A model generated the notes under the pieces. The model made no database searches, had not been told where the DNA came from, and worked only from the letters and a program-made list of their open reading frames with translations. From an uncultured virus (IMG/VR IMGVR_UViG_3300027227_000002) (taxonomy: Duplodnaviria; Heunggongvirae; Uroviricota; Caudoviricetes; Crassvirales): DNA of 64,000 bases. Below are positions 17,294-25,543 of the stretch, in pieces; the first letter of the stretch is position 1; each line of letters opens with the position of its first letter. The stretch lies in the IMG/VR virus record IMGVR_UViG_3300027227_000002; one strand, 5' to 3'. The position numbers and the translations under genes were made by a program.

Positions 17294-17336
17294 TCTAATT
17301 AAGGGATAAGTATATTCAATTAAATCTAGTTTTATT

Positions 17337-17885
17337 ATGGCGAACTATCAGTTCAGAACCACCAACATCAAAGGAAAAGAGTATGTTGAGGTTCACGAGA
17401 GAATCAAGTTCTTTCGTTTAGATGAGCAGTACAAAGGATACTGCTTGGAATCGCAAATCATATCCATCACTGATGATGTAGTATGTATTCAAGCGATCAT
17501 CCGCAATGCAGAAGACCGAGTGGTCGCAACGGGCATTGCCTACGAGGAGAAAGCCTCCTCTAGAATCAACGCTACATCTTATGTAGAAAACTGCGAGACC
17601 TCCGCATGGGGTAGAGCATTAGCAAACCTAGGCATCGGCATTGAGACATCCATTGCGTCAAGCAACGAGGTCATCAACGCTATAGCCAATCAGAACCAAG
17701 CGGTAAAGAGTACCGCTACCGCAACGCCCGAGAGCAATGTGTTTCAACAAGCAGTTGAGTACATCAAAAGCGCACAGGGTTCAGCAAAGGAGACAGCTTA
17801 TAAGCAGGTAATCTCTAAATATGGTGGGGAATTTTCAGAGAAGCAAAAAGATGCCTTGCTGAAGTTCGTACCTAAAGCGAAGTAA
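17337..17885 (+). CDS. Putative single-strand annealing protein (Rad52/Sak-like)
   Basis: KGKEYVEV.ER...ENCETSAWGRAL..LGIG motif. First gene of an SSAP-exonuclease-SSB trio. Confidence 0.6.
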   Translation: MANYQFRTTNIKGKEYVEVHERIKFFRLDEQYKGYCLESQIISITDDVVCIQAIIRNAEDRVVATGIAYEEKASSRINATSYVENCETSAWGRALANLGIGIETSIASSNEVINAIANQNQAVKSTATATPESNVFQQAVEYIKSAQGSAKETAYKQVISKYGGEFSEKQKDALLKFVPKAK

Positions 17886-17886
17886 T

Positions 17887-18702
17887 ATGGACTTCGCTAG
17901 TAAACTAATGGAACGGACAGGGAAGGGATACCTTTCCTACTCCGCCATCAAGTACGCTGCTGATGGAGCAGACGAACAAGACATGAAGCTCTTTGAGCTG
18001 TACATGAAAGGACTCTTGAAGAAGGAGAGTGATGCGATGACTTTTGGTAGTCTCTATGACACCTTACTGCTAGAGCCTCACACCCTTGATGACAAGTTCT
18101 ATGTAATCTATGATGAGGAGAAGGTTCAGGAGTTGCAATCTAACTACAAGACCCCGCGCTCAAGCAAAGAGTACAAGGATTGGTTAGCAGAAGAGACCAA
18201 GAATGCCGGCTCAAAGCGAATCGTAAACAGCGATTTAGTCAGTAAGGCGGAAGAGATGATCTTGCGACTTGATGAGTCAAATGTAGCGATCCCCGAAACC
18301 GGGGAGATTGTTCCCGTTCGCTACTTCATCACGGGTGAAGTTCAAAAAGAGATCTTGAGTTGGATTGGAGACATTCCTGTTCGCGGATTTCTAGATGTCA
18401 GAGGAGATGGATTCATTACCGACAGCAAGACCACTCGGTCTATCTCGGGATTCCGCTACGATGTATTCAAGAGATGCTACGACATTCAAGCTTTTATCTA
18501 TACTCAAACGGAAGGGGTGAGTGAGTTCTATTGGGCGGCTCAAACCACAAACAAACCATATACTGTTGCAGTATACAAGGCTACACCTCAAACGCTAGCG
18601 CGTGGAGAGGAGAAGTTTTGGTCAGCAGTAAACAACATTGCAAGGTGGCTAGATGATCCTAGCGTTGATTCAGCTAGCTTTGCAATATATTCAGAAATCT
18701 AA
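17887..18702 (+). CDS. PD-(D/E)XK exonuclease (RecE/DUF3799-like)
   Basis: LSYSAIK, FGSLYD..LLEP, RGFLD...D.KTT and YDIQA.IY. Confidence 0.8.
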   Translation: MDFASKLMERTGKGYLSYSAIKYAADGADEQDMKLFELYMKGLLKKESDAMTFGSLYDTLLLEPHTLDDKFYVIYDEEKVQELQSNYKTPRSSKEYKDWLAEETKNAGSKRIVNSDLVSKAEEMILRLDESNVAIPETGEIVPVRYFITGEVQKEILSWIGDIPVRGFLDVRGDGFITDSKTTRSISGFRYDVFKRCYDIQAFIYTQTEGVSEFYWAAQTTNKPYTVAVYKATPQTLARGEEKFWSAVNNIARWLDDPSVDSASFAIYSEI

Positions 18703-18727
18703 ATGTTTAATTAAATCCTGAAGCCTT

Positions 18728-19039
18728 ATGTCACAAGACAAAGTATTCATGGGGTATTTCGAGCCCCTAAAGAAGTGGAACGACTCCACTAAAAAGTATG
18801 AGGACATCGACCTCAACAACATCAGCCTTTCGGGGCGCTTTAACTTCACCCTCGCAGAACTAGAGGACATGAAGAAATACGCAACCAACCCAAAGGATGC
18901 CGACAAGCAACCTCGAGTTTACTTCGAGTTGAAGACATCCAAGAAGGGTACGCTGTACGCTGAAGTCAATGACCCATCCACATGGGAAAAGAAAGCTCCA
19001 GCAGCAGTAGCTGCGTCTAGCGATGACTTACCATTCTAA
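18728..19039 (+). CDS. Putative ssDNA-binding protein
   Basis: 103 aa with acidic DDLPF tail, following the SSAP and exonuclease. Confidence 0.6.
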   Translation: MSQDKVFMGYFEPLKKWNDSTKKYEDIDLNNISLSGRFNFTLAELEDMKKYATNPKDADKQPRVYFELKTSKKGTLYAEVNDPSTWEKKAPAAVAASSDDLPF

Positions 19040-19364
19040 ATGGTCTAACGCACTAGCGCTTTACGCAGAATTCAATTGGGGGGTTCGGGTTGAAAAACTC
19101 AGCCCCCCTTTTTTTCTTGCGTACAAGAACGACAAGAAGATCGTCTTTCAGGCTCACATAGTCAGCACATACCTTGACAAAATCAAGTTAGATGTCAGGC
19201 TAAAGGCTGACTTTCTTGTATTGGTATTCGCAGATAAGCCGGGAGATAATTTAATACTGCTAGCAGTTCCCGATGTTGCACCTATAGTATCAAGACCATT
19301 CGATATCCGAGAGATTGTACCGCACATTAAAGCAAAAGATAAATTAGAGTTTAGTCATGGGTAG
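19023..19364 (+). CDS. Hypothetical protein
   Basis: 113-aa ORF overlapping both neighbours. It contains a terminator-like hairpin. Confidence 0.55.
   Translation: MTYHSKWSNALALYAEFNWGVRVEKLSPPFFLAYKNDKKIVFQAHIVSTYLDKIKLDVRLKADFLVLVFADKPGDNLILLAVPDVAPIVSRPFDIREIVPHIKAKDKLEFSHG
19078..19115 (+). terminator. Intrinsic terminator after the SSB-like gene
   Basis: GGGGGGTT..GGGTT-GAAA-AACTC-AGCCCCCC followed by T7. Confidence 0.6.
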
Positions 19365-19602
19365 AGCTATCTATTTTTGCGATGTTGTTATTAGTTATTA
19401 CAAGGGGAAATCCAAGAAGCCTGTGCGTATGAGAAGCTGGGTAATTGGAGGTGGCGATACGCCCGGAAAGATCAACACCGACCAACACATGATGGGTCAA
19501 ATTATGTCAAGGGTATACGACGATAAGTACAAGGGGGTGAGAAAATGTATGGTTGTTGAAGTTGTTAGTGTAAAATTTCTTGGTAATTCGTTTTACTATT
19601 AG
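19357..19602 (+). CDS. Hypothetical protein
   Basis: 81-aa ORF in the operon. Confidence 0.6.
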   Translation: MGRAIYFCDVVISYYKGKSKKPVRMRSWVIGGGDTPGKINTDQHMMGQIMSRVYDDKYKGVRKCMVVEVVSVKFLGNSFYY

Positions 19603-19628
19603 TAAATTCACAATCAAATGTTAACAAC

Positions 19629-19829
19629 ATGGCGTATCACGACAACACAGAACACAAAAAAGTTATTGATTGCGTACTCAGGCGTAACGCAATGCTTTTC
19701 GCAAATCTCGGATCGGATTCTAGTAAAGAAGACTACGAGAAAGCAAGCGAATTAGAACTCCAAAGACTTAAAAGAATCAGGCATTTAGACCCTGATCGAA
19801 TCGATACTCTTATAAGGGCAACCGAGTGA
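19629..19829 (+). CDS. Conserved phage hypothetical protein
   Basis: 66 aa. ID..L......NLG..S.K...I..LDP pattern shared with 30234-30461. Confidence 0.7.
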   Translation: MAYHDNTEHKKVIDCVLRRNAMLFANLGSDSSKEDYEKASELELQRLKRIRHLDPDRIDTLIRATE

Positions 19830-20230
19830 AGAGTTATGAGAAAGGAGCAGTTGGAGAAATGCATGTCACGGGTAACTTGATAACTCAAGGATTCCGAGTC
19901 CACAAACCATTGGTAGACTCACTAGCCTATGACCTTGTATGTAGTAAGAACGGAGTGTTCTATACAGTACAAGTCAAATACTTGACCATGAAAAATGGTT
20001 ATGTAGAAACATCACCGAGAAGAGTTAGATCCACAACGGAAAGAGAAAACAATCTAGAGTTCGATATTCTAGCCATATACTGCCCCGACACAGCAGGTTG
20101 TTATTATCTACTAGCCGAGGAATTCAAAAGCTCTATACGATTAAGATTTGATAAACCAAAAAACAACATGACTAAAGGCGTTAGATACGCAAAAGACTTT
20201 ACTGAATTATGGAAGAGACTAGGCAAGTGA
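19826..20230 (+). CDS. PD-(D/E)XK endonuclease, homing or group I intron-type
   Basis: KG..GE..V...L...G..V.KP..D...YDLV...NG.FY.VQVK, DILAIYCP and RYAKDF. Confidence 0.75.
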   Translation: MKSYEKGAVGEMHVTGNLITQGFRVHKPLVDSLAYDLVCSKNGVFYTVQVKYLTMKNGYVETSPRRVRSTTERENNLEFDILAIYCPDTAGCYYLLAEEFKSSIRLRFDKPKNNMTKGVRYAKDFTELWKRLGK

Positions 20231-20763
20231 AAATCATTGATAAAGCGTCAATAATTCATCTTGTATCAAAGATGTGGGAGCGCGAGATGGAGAACAATAA
20301 CATCACGCTGAAGTGTAGAGAAAGAAGACAAGTAATGCACCGCTATGCATTCATGGTAGCAGTGCGGGAATGCACCACATTAACACTCTCTGAGATCGGT
20401 AGAATAATCAGGAAGGATCATGCTACGGTTTTGCATGCGGGAAAGCAACACGAAACCAACATGAGATTTGATACAGAATACAAGACCATCTACGACCTGT
20501 ATTATTTAGAGCTGAAAGCCATATCCGAAATGATGATCGAAGATCAGGAGTTGATGTATCCAACTGATACAAACGAAATGCGGATGAGACTTATCAACCT
20601 GTCCAAGCGAGTGCGAGGACATATTGTAGAGAAAAAGGAGTTAGAGGTGGAGCTGTTAAAGTCCCGCCGTGAGCGCAGACATCTTAAAGAACACAACAAG
20701 GAACTGATTAAGCGCAACGACTTTTTAGATGAGGAAGTTAAACGATTAAAAAGACTGCTATGA
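20209..20763 (+). CDS. DnaA C-terminal-like HTH protein with coiled coil
   Basis: LTLSEIGRII.KDHATVLH motif. Confidence 0.75.
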   Translation: MEETRQVKIIDKASIIHLVSKMWEREMENNNITLKCRERRQVMHRYAFMVAVRECTTLTLSEIGRIIRKDHATVLHAGKQHETNMRFDTEYKTIYDLYYLELKAISEMMIEDQELMYPTDTNEMRMRLINLSKRVRGHIVEKKELEVELLKSRRERRHLKEHNKELIKRNDFLDEEVKRLKRLL

Positions 20764-20957
20764 TTTTAAATGATGAGACAAGAGATCAGTTCATGCGGAT
20801 TGCTAAAGCCCGGCTGAACAAGTGGTACACCTTCGGTAAACAGCGCAACGCTATTGCGGCAAAGATGTATGTCCGCTGGTATGAGAAAAAGAAGTTAGAA
20901 GAAACAGCCAAATCAATCAAGCCATCTGACTTTAAATTTATTTATTGGGATGAGTGA
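20760..20957 (+). CDS. Hypothetical protein
   Basis: 65 aa with FMRIAKARL...QRNAIAAKMY, ATGA-coupled. Confidence 0.65.
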   Translation: MILNDETRDQFMRIAKARLNKWYTFGKQRNAIAAKMYVRWYEKKKLEETAKSIKPSDFKFIYWDE

Positions 20958-21423
20958 AAATACATTCGATAGAGATTTAGAGTCTGGAGATGTTCTAGAG
21001 TACCACATACTCAAGAGCATACAAAAGAAATACCCAAGAGCCATCAAGCGTATTGGATACTTCAAAGGATATGACCTTTATGTTCCGGAGACCAATACCA
21101 AGATAGAGGTGAAGCGCGACTATAAGTCTAAACACACCGGAAACTTTGTCGTCGAGATAGAGTTTAACGGGAAGCCGTCCGCCCTCGCCACCACTGAAGC
21201 AAACTATTGGGTATTTGCAGACAAAGAACATCTCTATTGGATAGCGGTGGGAGAGTTGCGGAAGCTTGTAAAGGAGCACCCCCAACTCAACCCTGTGTCA
21301 TTTACGGGGAAGGGTGATGATCGCGCCAAGCGAGCATACCTAGTTCCCGTGTCTCTAATATCGCGATACAGCGATATGGTAACACCCAATGATTCACCCT
21401 ATAAACCACAATCGCCCTTGTAG
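20950..21423 (+). CDS. PD-(D/E)XK-like nuclease
   Basis: YDL......IEVKRD.....TGN.VVE...GKPS....T.A.YW. Confidence 0.7.
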   Translation: MSENTFDRDLESGDVLEYHILKSIQKKYPRAIKRIGYFKGYDLYVPETNTKIEVKRDYKSKHTGNFVVEIEFNGKPSALATTEANYWVFADKEHLYWIAVGELRKLVKEHPQLNPVSFTGKGDDRAKRAYLVPVSLISRYSDMVTPNDSPYKPQSPL

Positions 21424-21486
21424 CTCAACGGATAGAGCAACGCACTTCTAATGCGTAGGCTGCTGGTTCGAGTCCAGCCAAGGGTA
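21414..21486 (+). tRNA. tRNA-Arg (anticodon TCT)
   Basis: Acceptor GCCCTTG/CAAGGGT, D arm GCTC/GAGC, anticodon arm ACGCA-CTTCTAA-TGCGT, T arm GCTGG-TTCGAGT-CCAGC. No encoded CCA. Confidence 0.95.
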
Positions 21487-21502
21487 CTAAATTTTAATCA
21501 CT

Positions 21503-21709
21503 ATGCCTCTTTACAAGAACAAAGAAACCGGAGAAACCCGTGTGTATGCAAGAACAAGAACATATGTCTATGATGATGGAAGTAAAAAAGAAGTGGATTT
21601 ATCCAGCGGTCAAGAGATTACAAAAGATTGGGAGCTGGTTGTCGAGAGTACAGATTACAAAAGTGTCATCGCTAAAAAGTCGCCAACAGATGGATTCGGA
21701 AATCGCTAA
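21503..21709 (+). CDS. Hypothetical protein
   Basis: 68-aa ORF after the tRNA. Confidence 0.6.
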   Translation: MPLYKNKETGETRVYARTRTYVYDDGSKKEVDLSSGQEITKDWELVVESTDYKSVIAKKSPTDGFGNR

Positions 21710-21842
21710 GAAGTGCATCAAGTGTGAGCAAGAGTTGCCTATGCGTTTCTTTTATATACAAAGAAGAAAGGGTAGAAGCGATTACTACAGAGGGAAGTGC
21801 AAGATGTGTTACTCCGTTGATCGAAAGCATAAAGGTTACTGA
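21690..21842 (+). CDS. Small Cys4 zinc-finger protein
   Basis: MDSEIAKKCIKC...F...YRGKCKMC. Confidence 0.55.
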   Translation: MDSEIAKKCIKCEQELPMRFFYIQRRKGRSDYYRGKCKMCYSVDRKHKGY

Positions 21843-21843
21843 G

Positions 21844-22011
21844 ATGAAATACCGAGTCAACTACACTTACTTTAATCAAGCCGTAAATGAAAAGGCTAAA
21901 TGGGAACAGCGAGAGAAAGACTTTGATAAAAGAGAGGACGCAATACTCTTTGCTGACAAGATAGCCCAGCTTGTCTCAGCGCGAAACATAAACATTCAAC
22001 CCGTCCCCTAA
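21844..22011 (+). CDS. Hypothetical protein (55 aa)
   Basis: MKYRVNYTYF...KWEQREKDFD, same length as and homologous to 33260-33427. Confidence 0.75.
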   Translation: MKYRVNYTYFNQAVNEKAKWEQREKDFDKREDAILFADKIAQLVSARNINIQPVP

Positions 22012-22123
22012 CTGCACAAGATGCTTGACCGCCAAATAGCTCAATAGAAGAGCTAATACGGCTCAAAGTGTAAAGTAAATGAGCCACAAAGTGTAAAATA
22101 GAAACCTTTAACACCAAAGAGAA

Positions 22124-22336
22124 ATGAAGTGGCTAAAACGATTCTTCACCAAAGCAGAGATTAGAGAGGTATCTTTCCATACTGGAACTGATGGAATGAA
22201 GAAGCATAGTGAGTTTATAGATTGGGTAAATGAAAGCGATACGGAGATAATTAATTCATACATTACCTACCACCAGTATGAACATTCACATAAACCACGC
22301 TACATAAATTATGTAATTAAAATCAAACGAAAATGA
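22124..22336 (+). CDS. Cassette hypothetical protein
   Basis: 70 aa, ATG supplied by repeat 1. Confidence 0.65.
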   Translation: MKWLKRFFTKAEIREVSFHTGTDGMKKHSEFIDWVNESDTEIINSYITYHQYEHSHKPRYINYVIKIKRK

Positions 22337-22506
22337 CACCATTTCAAATAGCTAACAAGCATTACCCAAATAGTCAATTTGACGAATGTAAAATGAGTTG
22401 TATGAGATGTGGCGAAGGAGTCTGCGAATCTCAAGAAGAAGCAATAATAACACTCGCTAAAGATATATTTGAGTGCCTTAAAACCTTTAACACCAAAGAG
22501 AAATGA
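22333..22506 (+). CDS. Cassette hypothetical protein (57 aa)
   Basis: Manual translation MTPFQIANKHYPNSQFDECKMSCMRCGEGVC...KTFNTKEK. Confidence 0.6.
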   Translation: MTPFQIANKHYPNSQFDECKMSCMRCGEGVCESQEEAIITLAKDIFECLKTFNTKEK

Positions 22507-22667
22507 AAATATCTGTTGAATATTGGGACTACACTTGTGGAGATGGGTGTTGTTATGATTGGGGTTATGATGTTTTTGTAGACGGAGAAAAGATTGGACA
22601 GATTAACGACACCCCTGAAGAGTTAGCAGATTTATTAAATGAATACTTTAACACCAAAGAGAAATGA
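22503..22667 (+). CDS. Cassette hypothetical protein (54 aa)
   Basis: Manual translation MKISVEYWDYTCGDGCCYDWG...EYFNTKEK. Confidence 0.65.
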   Translation: MKISVEYWDYTCGDGCCYDWGYDVFVDGEKIGQINDTPEELADLLNEYFNTKEK

Positions 22668-22906
22668 AAACACCAATGCAAGAGTTGATTGAGCAACTCA
22701 ATGAATTAGAAGCAAAGTTAACCTCATTAGAGGATGCAATGTATCGTGGAGGCGTAAGAAACGCTAAACGATTAGCAGAGGAACTACTTAAGAAAGAGAA
22801 AGAAATCATCTGCAACGCCTTTAGTGATGCACAACACGGAGCAGTTGAGTCAAGATGGACTGCTGAAGAATACTTTGAAGAAACCTTTAACACCAACGAG
22901 AAATGA
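22664..22906 (+). CDS. Cassette hypothetical protein
   Basis: 80 aa, MKTPMQELIE...LLKKEKEII..AF...AEEYFEETFNTNEK. Confidence 0.75.
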   Translation: MKTPMQELIEQLNELEAKLTSLEDAMYRGGVRNAKRLAEELLKKEKEIICNAFSDAQHGAVESRWTAEEYFEETFNTNEK

Positions 22907-23232
22907 AAAAAGTGGAAGAGATGTATCCCGAAACGACACAAGCGTTCAAGGACAAGATGGAGGAGATGTACGAAACCTTCTGCAAGAAGATGTGGGACTA
23001 CGGCAGTAACAACATTGCCCTTGGGCGTGACCTATCGGAAGACCACAACAAGAAGATGTCCTTGATGGGGATATGGTTCCGCAGTAACGACAAGATGTCG
23101 CGCATTGAAAACCTCCTTGAGAGGGGCGACTTGTCAAGCACCGCCAACGAACCGCTTGAGGATAGTTACCTTGACTTGGCCAACTATTCTATCATCGCAA
23201 CGATCGTTCATAAAAATAAATGGGGCAAATAA
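22903..23232 (+). CDS. Nucleotide modification-associated (DUF1599/Nmad1-like) protein
   Basis: KK.WDYG.NN...R.NDK.SR..NL......E..EDSY.DLANYSII. Confidence 0.75.
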   Translation: MKKVEEMYPETTQAFKDKMEEMYETFCKKMWDYGSNNIALGRDLSEDHNKKMSLMGIWFRSNDKMSRIENLLERGDLSSTANEPLEDSYLDLANYSIIATIVHKNKWGK

Positions 23233-23247
23233 TTTGTTGAAAAGTCC

Positions 23248-23255
23248 TATCTTTG
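23248..23255 (+). promoter_or_regulatory. Bacteroidota -7 promoter box TATCTTTG
   Basis: Heads the replication operon of segment B. Confidence 0.65.
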
Positions 23256-23279
23256 TAACAACCAATCAAATCAAATCAC

Positions 23280-23429
23280 ATGGAAGAGCATACAATGTCG
23301 TTTTATGACGACGAATATCAGGAGAGAGAGTATAGAGAGAGAAGCGCGCCCGTTGTCTTTAAGAAGGCCGGCACAATGGATGTGATGCGTGAGTTGTTTA
23401 GCCATTTTGGCGAACCATACAAGAGGTAG
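23280..23429 (+). CDS. Small hypothetical protein (49 aa)
   Basis: Manual translation MEEHTMSFYDDEYQEREY..., with an AATCA-rich leader. Confidence 0.5.
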   Translation: MEEHTMSFYDDEYQEREYRERSAPVVFKKAGTMDVMRELFSHFGEPYKR

Positions 23430-23433
23430 TACG

Positions 23434-23835
23434 ATGTATACGATAGAGGAGTTATGGGCGCAAGCCGGGAAGGATACCTTGGCCGCCAAAATTATTACGG
23501 AGGACGCAGAGTCCTACATTCTACACGGGATAAAGTTTGAGAAGCGAGATGGTGAGTACAAACTGCTCAAGGGATACGCCAACGACTTCTACCCGGAGGT
23601 TCCAAGTTTCTACTATAATACCCTAATGCAGAACGGCTACCGAGACGGGCTATGCATATTGGCTATGGAGAGATGCGAGGATCAACTTGAGAAGATTGAG
23701 GTTCGTATCCGCGACGAGGCGAATAAGAATACGCCCAACGAGAAGATGCTGAACCTATACAAGGTCAATCGAACCAACACCATGAACAAGTATTCGGACT
23801 TCCGAAAGCAATTAAATCAATCAATCAATTCATAA
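23434..23835 (+). CDS. Hypothetical protein
   Basis: Start moved to MYTIEELW. Confidence 0.7.
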   Translation: MYTIEELWAQAGKDTLAAKIITEDAESYILHGIKFEKRDGEYKLLKGYANDFYPEVPSFYYNTLMQNGYRDGLCILAMERCEDQLEKIEVRIRDEANKNTPNEKMLNLYKVNRTNTMNKYSDFRKQLNQSINS

Positions 23836-23837
23836 TC

Positions 23838-24431
23838 ATGTCAGAAAGCAATTCAACTTTCAAGACCTTGGCCTCAATCAGCGTCAAGGAAAAGACCGAG
23901 CGTAAAGGCAACATGGACTACTTGTCATGGGCTAATGCGTGGTCAATGCTCAAGCAGAACTACCCCGACGCGCAGCGGGTAGTTTACGAAGACCCCGCTA
24001 CCGGGCTGAACTTCTACACGGACGGCCGCACGGCCTATGTCAAGGTTGGTATTATTGTCGGAGGCCTTGAGCATATCGACTACCTACCCGTGATGGACTA
24101 CAAGAACAACGCGGTGCCCATCGAGAAGGTCACATCGTTCGATGTCAACAAGACCATTCAGCGTTCTACGGCAAAGGCCATTGCCCTTCACGGACTTGGC
24201 CTCTCCTTGTGGAGTGGTGAGGACATTGCGGAGACCGCCTCTGCACCTGCCGCAAAGGATGACTCATGGACTACCTACACCCTTGAGATGGGTGACGCCA
24301 ATTGGGATAAGGTGATTGCGTACATCAGCGCAAACAAAGAACTCGGGCTGCCCTCCATCGTTAAGAACCTTGAGACCAAGTACAAGATTACTTCGTCGGT
24401 AAAGAAAGAGTTGGCGAAGCATGTCAAGTGA
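23838..24431 (+). CDS. Sak3/DUF1071-type single-strand annealing protein
   Basis: YLSWANAW..LK..YPDA...LPVMDYKN...VNKTIQR...KAIALHGLGL. Confidence 0.85.
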   Translation: MSESNSTFKTLASISVKEKTERKGNMDYLSWANAWSMLKQNYPDAQRVVYEDPATGLNFYTDGRTAYVKVGIIVGGLEHIDYLPVMDYKNNAVPIEKVTSFDVNKTIQRSTAKAIALHGLGLSLWSGEDIAETASAPAAKDDSWTTYTLEMGDANWDKVIAYISANKELGLPSIVKNLETKYKITSSVKKELAKHVK

Positions 24432-25161
24432 TATATTGGAGAAGTTAAAGGACGACGCTAACTACTATGGTAAGTTCGGGCGTCAGTTCCTCTCCAACTC
24501 CGACATCGGAACGCTACTAAATGATCCTCGGCAGTTCGGCAAGAGCCGGCCGGATAGTAAGCCCCTCTTGGAGGGGCGTTACTTCCACACGGCACTGCTC
24601 GAGCCACAAAAACTCAAGGACTTTGAGTTGGTGGACTGCTCTACCCGTAACACCAAGGTCTACAAGGACGCATTGGAGGCGTCGGGTCAAGAGATGCTGA
24701 TGCTTCAGTCCGAGGCCGATGAAATCTTGAGTTTATCGCAGAGCATGAAGCACAACCTTCGGTTCTTTGAGTCCATCTATGCGCCCGGCAACGAGTATGA
24801 AGTCCCAGGCATTCAGCAGATTAAAGGTCTGACATGGAAGGGTAAGGCGGACATTATTATGCATAGCGAGAACATGCTCATCGACATCAAGACCAGCGGT
24901 AGGCTCGACGAATTCAAGTGGTCGGCTCGACGCTATAACTATGATAGCCAATGCTATATATACCAAATGATATTTGGTAAGCCACTCGTATTCTATGTCA
25001 TCGAGAAGGGTACTCACAAACTCGGCATCTTCAACGCGTCGGAGGACTTCCTTCGTGGAGGGGAGCAGAAGGTGGAGCAGGCCGTCGAGGTGTACAATCG
25101 TTTCTTCAGCGAGAATGCTGACGAGGCAGTACAAAACTATTACATCGAAGAGATTCTTTAA
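24421..25161 (+). CDS. PD-(D/E)XK exonuclease (RecE/DUF3799-like)
   Basis: LSNSDI, G..FH...LEP, KGKAD...IDIKTS and YDSQ..IY. Confidence 0.85.
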   Translation: MSSDILEKLKDDANYYGKFGRQFLSNSDIGTLLNDPRQFGKSRPDSKPLLEGRYFHTALLEPQKLKDFELVDCSTRNTKVYKDALEASGQEMLMLQSEADEILSLSQSMKHNLRFFESIYAPGNEYEVPGIQQIKGLTWKGKADIIMHSENMLIDIKTSGRLDEFKWSARRYNYDSQCYIYQMIFGKPLVFYVIEKGTHKLGIFNASEDFLRGGEQKVEQAVEVYNRFFSENADEAVQNYYIEEIL

Positions 25162-25163
25162 GT

Positions 25164-25207
25164 CGGACGCGGGGACTGACCAACCCGAGTTCGTTTAATA
25201 ATGGTCA
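25164..25207 (+). promoter_or_regulatory. Predicted H-type pseudoknot in the leader of the SSB-like gene
   Basis: Stem CGGAC-G-CGGG/CCCG-A-GTTCG. Loop TGACCA (25177-25182) is complementary to TGGTCA (25202-25207). Confidence 0.55.
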
Positions 25208-25222
25208 AATAAACAATCAGAT

Positions 25223-25483
25223 ATGGCAGAAGAGAAAGTATTCGCCGATGGGTTCATCTTCAAGCGAAGAGACCAAGCCCCCGAGTGGGTTGTTGGAGGA
25301 ATGAGTGTAAAGGTTGATGAGGCCATTGCATTCTTAAAGCAACACGAGAAGAACGGATGGGTCAACATTGACATCAAGCGTTCGCAGGGTGGCAAGTACT
25401 ATGTCGAATTGGATACCTATGTACCCAAGAAGACGGAGGAGTCAAAGCCGTATGGCGATTTAAAAGCCGACGACTTATTCTAA
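25223..25483 (+). CDS. Putative ssDNA-binding protein
   Basis: 86 aa, acidic DDLF tail, third gene of an SSAP-exonuclease-SSB trio. Confidence 0.6.
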   Translation: MAEEKVFADGFIFKRRDQAPEWVVGGMSVKVDEAIAFLKQHEKNGWVNIDIKRSQGGKYYVELDTYVPKKTEESKPYGDLKADDLF

Positions 25484-25489
25484 TTTATT

Positions 25490-25520
25490 GGGGGCGAGGG
25501 CTGTTCTTCGCCCCCTTTAA
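25490..25520 (+). terminator. Intrinsic terminator
   Basis: GGGGGCGAGG..CTTCGCCCCC followed by a T-rich tail. Confidence 0.65.
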
Positions 25521-25543
25521 TTTCTTTAATCCAATCAAGTGCA

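Larger units (their letters stand above)
22102..22906 (+). repeat. Four 26-bp direct repeats AAACCTTTAACACCAAAGAGAAATGA at gene junctions
   Basis: Copies at 22102-22127, 22481-22506, 22642-22667 (2 differences) and 22881-22906 (1 difference). Each ends in ATGA. Confidence 0.9.

Noticed and set aside
21487..21502. Theta/HDV-like ribozyme after the tRNA
   Set aside because: Only 16 AT-rich nt precede the next ATG, leaving no room for the fold.
22102..22906. 26-bp repeats as a CRISPR array
   Set aside because: The spacers are 135-353 nt and protein-coding, the repeat is not palindromic, and there are no cas genes.
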